A program made the position numbers and the translations under genes. DNA of 64,000 nt from positions 11,830 to 75,829 of the IMG/VR virus record IMGVR_UViG_3300020185_000033; one strand, written 5' to 3'. Shown here piece by piece: positions 59,952-64,000 of this stretch. How positions within the stretch are numbered: the first letter of the stretch is position 1; each line of letters begins with the position of its first letter. Origin of the DNA: a virus. The notes beneath the pieces are model-generated. The model had not been told where the DNA came from. It saw only the letters and a list, made by a program, of their open reading frames with translations, and searched no databases.

Positions 59952-61716
59952 AATTAAAAATGTAACAGCAAAGAACTTTATGAGTGTAGGCAACAACTTA
60001 CAAGCAGTAACGTTTGACACCGATTCGTTAACATTGGTATTAGGTCATAACTTAGACCTCGGTGGCGATGGTAGTAGAAACGGTACAGGTAAGACTACAA
60101 TTATTAATGCACTCAGTTATGCACTTTATGGCGAAGCATTAACAAACATCAGAAAGGATAATCTTATTAACAAAACAAATGGTAAAGGAATGATTACCAC
60201 TGTTGATTTTGAGATTAAAGGAACAGAGTATCGCATTGAGCGTGGCAGGCGACCTAACGTACTAAAGTTTTATATCGACGGCAATGAATCAGCTGACAAT
60301 GAACAACAAGGTGACATGCGTGAGACACAAAAAGATATCGAACGTGTGATTGGATTCCCACATAATATGTTTAAGCATTTAATTGCATTAAACACTTACA
60401 CCGAACCGTTCCTCAGTATGAAAACAAATGACCAACGAGACATGATTGAGCAGTTGTTGGGTATTACTGAAATTAGTGCCAAGGCAGATGTGCTAAAAGA
60501 GTTGTTAAAACAAACCAAAGACAATATCAAAGAAGAAGAATTGCGTATACAAGCAGTTACCAATGCTAATAAACGTGTAGAGTCTAGCATTAAGGATATC
60601 GAAAGCCGGAGCAAAGCATGGGCTAGGAATAAAGGAGACAAAGTAAACGGACTGCAAACTAGTTTGGACACATTAGAGCATACTAATATTAAAGAAGAAC
60701 TGGACAGTCATAGAAAAATTATAGATATAAACGAAAAGCAAAATAAACTTACTGCACTTAAAACAGACTTGTCGACTCGAACAACGTCGATGAATCGTAG
60801 TGACAGTAAACTTGTTACGTTGGAGGCTAACTTAGAAAGTGCAAAGTCCGGTGTATGTCCTACATGCGAACAAGGTACGGCACATTTAGACACACATGAA
60901 AAATACACAGCGGACTTAGAAGAAGAAATTAAAGAAGAACAACGGTACAACGTTGAGTTAGTGGACAAGATTAGAGATATTACTAGCGGTATTAAACAGC
61001 TGGGCAATATTCCAGAAACACCAATTACTTTTTACAACAACATGGAAGATGCTTTACAGCATAAACATAATGTAGATACATTGCAAGAACAAATCGAAGA
61101 AAAGATTAAAGAAGAAAACCCGTATGTCGAACAAGTTGACCAACTACGCCAGACAGGCATCGAAGAGGTTAGTTACGAACTTATCAATGACTACACTAGC
61201 CTAAAAGAGCATCAAGAGTTTTTACACAAACTGTTAACAAGCAAAGACAGTTTTATTAGAAAGAAAATTATTGACCAAAACTTACAGTACTTGAATTACA
61301 GACTAGGGCATTACTTAGAAAAGTTAGGCTTACCACATGATGTTAAATTTAACAGTGATTTATCTGTTGACATCACGGAGTATGGCAGAGACTTGGATTT
61401 TGATAATTTAAGCCGAGGAGAGCGTAATAGACTTATACTTGGTATGAGTTGGGCATTTAGAGACATATATGAAAGTCTCAACCAACCAATGAATTTGATG
61501 TGCATAGACGAACTGGTAGACAGTGGCATGGATACCACTGGTGTTGAAAATGCATTGGCAGTTCTTAAGAAGATGGGAAGAGAATCAAATAAAAATGTGT
61601 TCTTAATTTCACACAAAGAGGAACTACAAGGGCGTGTTAATAACGTTCTTTATGTTGTTAAAGAAGGAGGATTCACTAGTTACAGTAATGACATAGAAAT
61701 CCTCGATGAGACTTAA
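59944..61716 (+). CDS. Recombination ATPase subunit (T4 gp46 / Rad50 / SbcC-like)
   Basis: Walker A NGTGKTT, coiled coils with a CPTC zinc hook, signature LSRGE, Walker B/D-loop CIDELVDSGMD and H-loop ISH. Confidence 0.95.
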   Translation: MLKIKNVTAKNFMSVGNNLQAVTFDTDSLTLVLGHNLDLGGDGSRNGTGKTTIINALSYALYGEALTNIRKDNLINKTNGKGMITTVDFEIKGTEYRIERGRRPNVLKFYIDGNESADNEQQGDMRETQKDIERVIGFPHNMFKHLIALNTYTEPFLSMKTNDQRDMIEQLLGITEISAKADVLKELLKQTKDNIKEEELRIQAVTNANKRVESSIKDIESRSKAWARNKGDKVNGLQTSLDTLEHTNIKEELDSHRKIIDINEKQNKLTALKTDLSTRTTSMNRSDSKLVTLEANLESAKSGVCPTCEQGTAHLDTHEKYTADLEEEIKEEQRYNVELVDKIRDITSGIKQLGNIPETPITFYNNMEDALQHKHNVDTLQEQIEEKIKEENPYVEQVDQLRQTGIEEVSYELINDYTSLKEHQEFLHKLLTSKDSFIRKKIIDQNLQYLNYRLGHYLEKLGLPHDVKFNSDLSVDITEYGRDLDFDNLSRGERNRLILGMSWAFRDIYESLNQPMNLMCIDELVDSGMDTTGVENALAVLKKMGRESNKNVFLISHKEELQGRVNNVLYVVKEGGFTSYSNDIEILDET

Positions 61717-62141
61717 TGAGTGCATGGACATATAAAGGTAAATTAGTAGACACACTTCCGGATGATTGTGAAGCATTTGTGTACTTGATTACAAACACAA
61801 CAAACGATAAGAAATACATTGGTAAAAAACTTGCAAAGTTTAAAACAACCAAGCCGCCCTTAAAGGGAAGAAAGAATAAACGCCGAGGATTTAAAGAAAG
61901 CGACTGGCGTACTTATTGGGGTAGCTCGGATCACTTAAACGAGGACGTAATTACTTTAGGCGAACACAAGTTTACTAGAGAAATACTACACTATTGCCCA
62001 ACTAGAGGTATTGCAAGTTACATTGAAGCACAAGAACAATTTGAACGAAATGTTCTCTTGACAGACGAATATTATAATGGTATAATAAACGTTAGAGTAG
62101 GCGGTTCACAAATCCTTAAGGAACATTTTAAAAAGATATAA
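61716..62141 (+). CDS. Small stand-alone GIY-YIG family endonuclease
   Basis: AFVYLITN...KKYIGKK, ESDWRTYWGSS, FTREIL, SYIEAQEQ (Glu) and YYN (Asn). There is no separate DNA-binding tail. It is coupled TAATG to gp46. Confidence 0.82.
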   Translation: MSAWTYKGKLVDTLPDDCEAFVYLITNTTNDKKYIGKKLAKFKTTKPPLKGRKNKRRGFKESDWRTYWGSSDHLNEDVITLGEHKFTREILHYCPTRGIASYIEAQEQFERNVLLTDEYYNGIINVRVGGSQILKEHFKKI

Positions 62142-62162
62142 CTATATATCGAACATGGCACA

Positions 62163-62209
62163 CATAGACACCCAGTCACGCTAATAAAAACATCACAGAC
62201 ACCAAGTCA
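62163..62209 (+). repeat. Two 16-nt direct repeats, 31-nt period
   Basis: catagacacccagtca (62163-62178) and cacagacaccaagtca (62194-62209) are 14/16 identical. Confidence 0.75.
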
Positions 62210-62222
62210 ACTACATAGGTTC

Positions 62223-62530
62223 TACACCACCCCGGCGAGGCTAAAATTCGCTGTCCTTGACAAACCGGTAATCCCGGTGCGAGATACTGGACTGTAGACG
62301 GCAAGATACAAACACGATACAGTATTAAAATGATTCAGGCAATGAGAAAAAGCAACCTGAAAGTTAATATAGTTGAACTCGACAAGACTATATTAATTTC
62401 CGTGAGGTCGAAAGACAGTGACGGTAGTGTATGGGGAGAAAAGGCTCACCGCTTCCTAGTAGCACCCGAGTTTGAGATGGCGATGCTCATCTTGATGACA
62501 TTTTTTTTATTCACCCGGAGACGGGTGAAT
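62223..62530 (+). ncRNA. Putative large structured non-coding RNA of unrecognised class
   Basis: About nine consecutive stems, many with plus-strand G-U pairs, GAAA and GAGA tetraloops, and a 7-bp loop-to-downstream pseudoknot (gaactcg 62375-62381 with cgagttt 62467-62473). The region is richer in G+C than other intergenic gaps. Confidence 0.65.
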
Positions 62531-62572
62531 TATGGCTTAACTTTCTTGATAACTTCTTAACTTACTAAAAAA

Positions 62573-62636
62573 TTACTACAAGAACTGATATGAATGAAAT
62601 GAATGAAGTTAGCAGTAGTAAAGATACGAAGTATCT
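62573..62636 (+). other. Twin hairpins with GAA triloops and tandem G-A pairs (ssDNA-type structure)
   Basis: ttactac...aact-GA-(t)at-GA-at-GAA-at-GA-at-GA-agtt...gtagtaa is followed immediately by agatac-GAA-gtatct. Confidence 0.6.
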
Positions 62637-63153
62637 ATAAAGTGTTTAAGAATGCAACAGTATCTGTGTAAGACAAACGTAAATTAACTGTGTAAAGATA
62701 AAAGTCTTTCTCCAAACTATGTTTGGATGCTCCATGGAACTTGGTAACGTCTAATATACACACCTCACCTGGATTTAACATTTTGTTGTGTTCGCTGTCT
62801 TTGTGGATTATTTCTAATGGAGAATCTTCTAGGTTAAACATAATATTGGTTTTTCTAGTTAACGGATTGTTCCATCCCATTAACCAGTCCTGATGCAACT
62901 TTACCATTGATCCTTGCTTTACTGTTTCTATTGCCACACTGTGTTCCGCGATGTCTAAAGGCAATGGTGTAGCATTTATAATTTGTTGTTGTAGGCTTTG
63001 GGGCATGTCGCGGAGTAAAAATATGTGTTGATCCATATCCACACGATCCTCGACCACGTTGTACGCACTTGCTTCTTTGAACTCTGTGATAGGTTTTACG
63101 AGCTGGCGCATTGCAACAACATCATAATCCCATTTTAAAACTGTGCTAAACAT
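62635..63153 (-). CDS. Cupin/2OG-Fe(II) oxygenase-like protein
   Basis: VKLHQD (HxD), TNIMFNL and PGEVCILDVTKFHGA (distal His). Confidence 0.65.
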   Translation of the reverse strand: MFSTVLKWDYDVVAMRQLVKPITEFKEASAYNVVEDRVDMDQHIFLLRDMPQSLQQQIINATPLPLDIAEHSVAIETVKQGSMVKLHQDWLMGWNNPLTRKTNIMFNLEDSPLEIIHKDSEHNKMLNPGEVCILDVTKFHGASKHSLEKDFYLYTVNLRLSYTDTVAFLNTL

Positions 63154-63575
63154 TCGCTATAGTGTTTCCTATTATTAATTGTTACAAACTCCGCAATAGT
63201 GCTACTTTGACGGTTGTCACAGCCATGTTCTTTAGTAGTATCAAGCACAAAGAAATCACCTGGCTGTATGGTATAGTCCTCTGTTACATCATTATTAGTG
63301 TGCTGTATAATAGCAGGATGGTCACCCACATTAACTAGTATGTTACTGCGTCTTCCGCCAATATCGGTGTGTAATGCTAGATAATCACCGGGTCTAACAA
63401 ACTCCAACCCTATGAAATGTTCGGGCTCTATATTGTATTTTTTAATGAAATCTGTGGGCATTCTGTCCCATAATTGGCTCGCAGAGTACAGTTTTTGGTG
63501 TATCTTCTTTAGTTGTACCACACTGCTTAACTGCTTATCTTGACGTAAAAACGCCACAAAATCATCTATATCCAT
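63135..63575 (-). CDS. Cupin/2OG-Fe(II) oxygenase-like protein
   Basis: LALHTD, SNILVNV and PGDFFVLDTTKEHGC. Paralog of the adjacent gene. The start at ATG 63575 lies 5 nt after GTTAAATA. Confidence 0.65.
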   Translation of the reverse strand: MDIDDFVAFLRQDKQLSSVVQLKKIHQKLYSASQLWDRMPTDFIKKYNIEPEHFIGLEFVRPGDYLALHTDIGGRRSNILVNVGDHPAIIQHTNNDVTEDYTIQPGDFFVLDTTKEHGCDNRQSSTIAEFVTINNRKHYSECLAQF

Positions 63576-63619
63576 ACTTGTATTTAACAAAAAAGATGCC
63601 AATATTTGTGGTAAAAAGG

Positions 63620-63647
63620 TTGACTTTGCCACAAAAACCAGTATAAT
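63620..63647 (+). promoter_or_regulatory. Sigma70-type (early) promoter inside an inverted repeat
   Basis: TTGACT-N16-TATAAT. Arms tttgtggtaaa (63605-63615) and tttgccacaaa (63625-63635) enclose the -35 box. Confidence 0.75.
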
Positions 63648-63682
63648 AGTGTGTATATTAAATAAAAAAGGTAGGAGTTTTT

Positions 63683-64000
63683 ATGTTTAAATTAGAAGAT
63701 ATTGTTAAAATTGCAGGTGAAACTGTTCGTAAACAGCGTTTTGGTATGGCATCTATGAACGATGATCACAAAACATTCACCGGTGATGTACTTTATACGT
63801 CACAAAAAGGCAACAACTTTTCAAGTAGCATCGAGGAAAAGTTCCAAGATACTGCTCAAGTAGATGGACTTACTGTTTGGAAGTCAAACGGTGAAGTTCC
63901 TTTTACAGATATGTTGTTAGATTTTGTTCAAATTGGTGCTATTACTTTTGAACAGGCTGAATTTTCAGCTATTCAAAAGAACAAAGATGCAGAAGCATCG
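63683..64000 (+). CDS. Hypothetical early protein (runs off the right edge of the window)
   Basis: AGGAG, then ATG 63683: MFKLEDIVKIAGETVRKQRFG...WKSNGEVPFTDMLLDF..., open to the end of the window. Confidence 0.75.
   Translation, partial: MFKLEDIVKIAGETVRKQRFGMASMNDDHKTFTGDVLYTSQKGNNFSSSIEEKFQDTAQVDGLTVWKSNGEVPFTDMLLDFVQIGAITFEQAEFSAIQKNKDAEAS

Noticed and set aside
62163-62209. Possible mini CRISPR array
   Set aside because: There are only two 16-nt units with a 15-nt spacer, no palindrome and no cas genes in the window.
62277-62530. Possible group II or group I intron (GTGCG at 62277; adjacent GIY-YIG gene)
   Set aside because: I found no domain V hairpin, no group I P7 core and no interrupted host gene. 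gp46 and the nuclease are intact.
62501-62530. Hairpin with a T-run as an intrinsic terminator
   Set aside because: The T8 run precedes the stem on the plus strand and becomes an A-run after it on the minus strand, so the geometry is wrong in both directions.
62330-62560. 76-aa plus-strand ORF in the gap after the GIY-YIG gene
   Set aside because: It has no Shine-Dalgarno sequence or protein motif, and it runs through dense stem-loops and a T8 tract. It is better explained as structured non-coding sequence.
1-64000. tRNA, rRNA, integrase, transposase or reverse transcriptase genes
   Set aside because: I recognised no such motifs, and the intergenic gaps other than 62142-62634 are short and occupied by promoters or terminators. 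A retron reading of the 62.2-62.6 kb element therefore has no RT support within this window.

Overview
This window is a 64-kb, AT-rich, gene-dense segment of a large T4-related (probably jumbo) myovirus genome read in the standard genetic code. From 1 to 22.9 kb (minus strand) is an enzyme cluster: six radical-SAM proteins with an N-terminal Cys-rich auxiliary domain, MetK, a UDP-sugar dehydrogenase, a PLP enzyme, a 2OG-Fe(II) oxygenase, an SDR, a fatty-acid desaturase, an SCP2-like lipid carrier and about six glycosyltransferase-like proteins. From 23 to 58 kb (minus strand) is a tail/baseplate module: a fibre with an autocleaving chaperone, a 6342-aa giant virion protein, and gp6-, gp25-, gp5-, hub-, gp53- and tube-initiator-like genes. 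A three-gene plus-strand cassette interrupts this module. From 58 to 62.1 kb (plus strand) are a gp55-like late sigma factor, gp47/gp46 (Mre11/Rad50) and a small GIY-YIG nuclease. The roughly 490-nt gap after the nuclease is the most unusual feature. It holds two 16-nt direct repeats, an approximately 310-nt highly structured RNA-like element (G-U-containing stems, GNRA loops, a 7-bp pseudoknot) and a hairpin pair with GAA triloops and tandem G-A pairs typical of folded ssDNA. The intergenic DNA also shows a late-promoter motif, (G/A)NTAAATA, that is often preceded by a TTAAAA dyad and often lies exactly 5 nt before an ATG (leaderless late mRNAs), and it sits back-to-back with sigma70-type promoters. 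All functional calls come from motif recognition by eye; no database searches were run.
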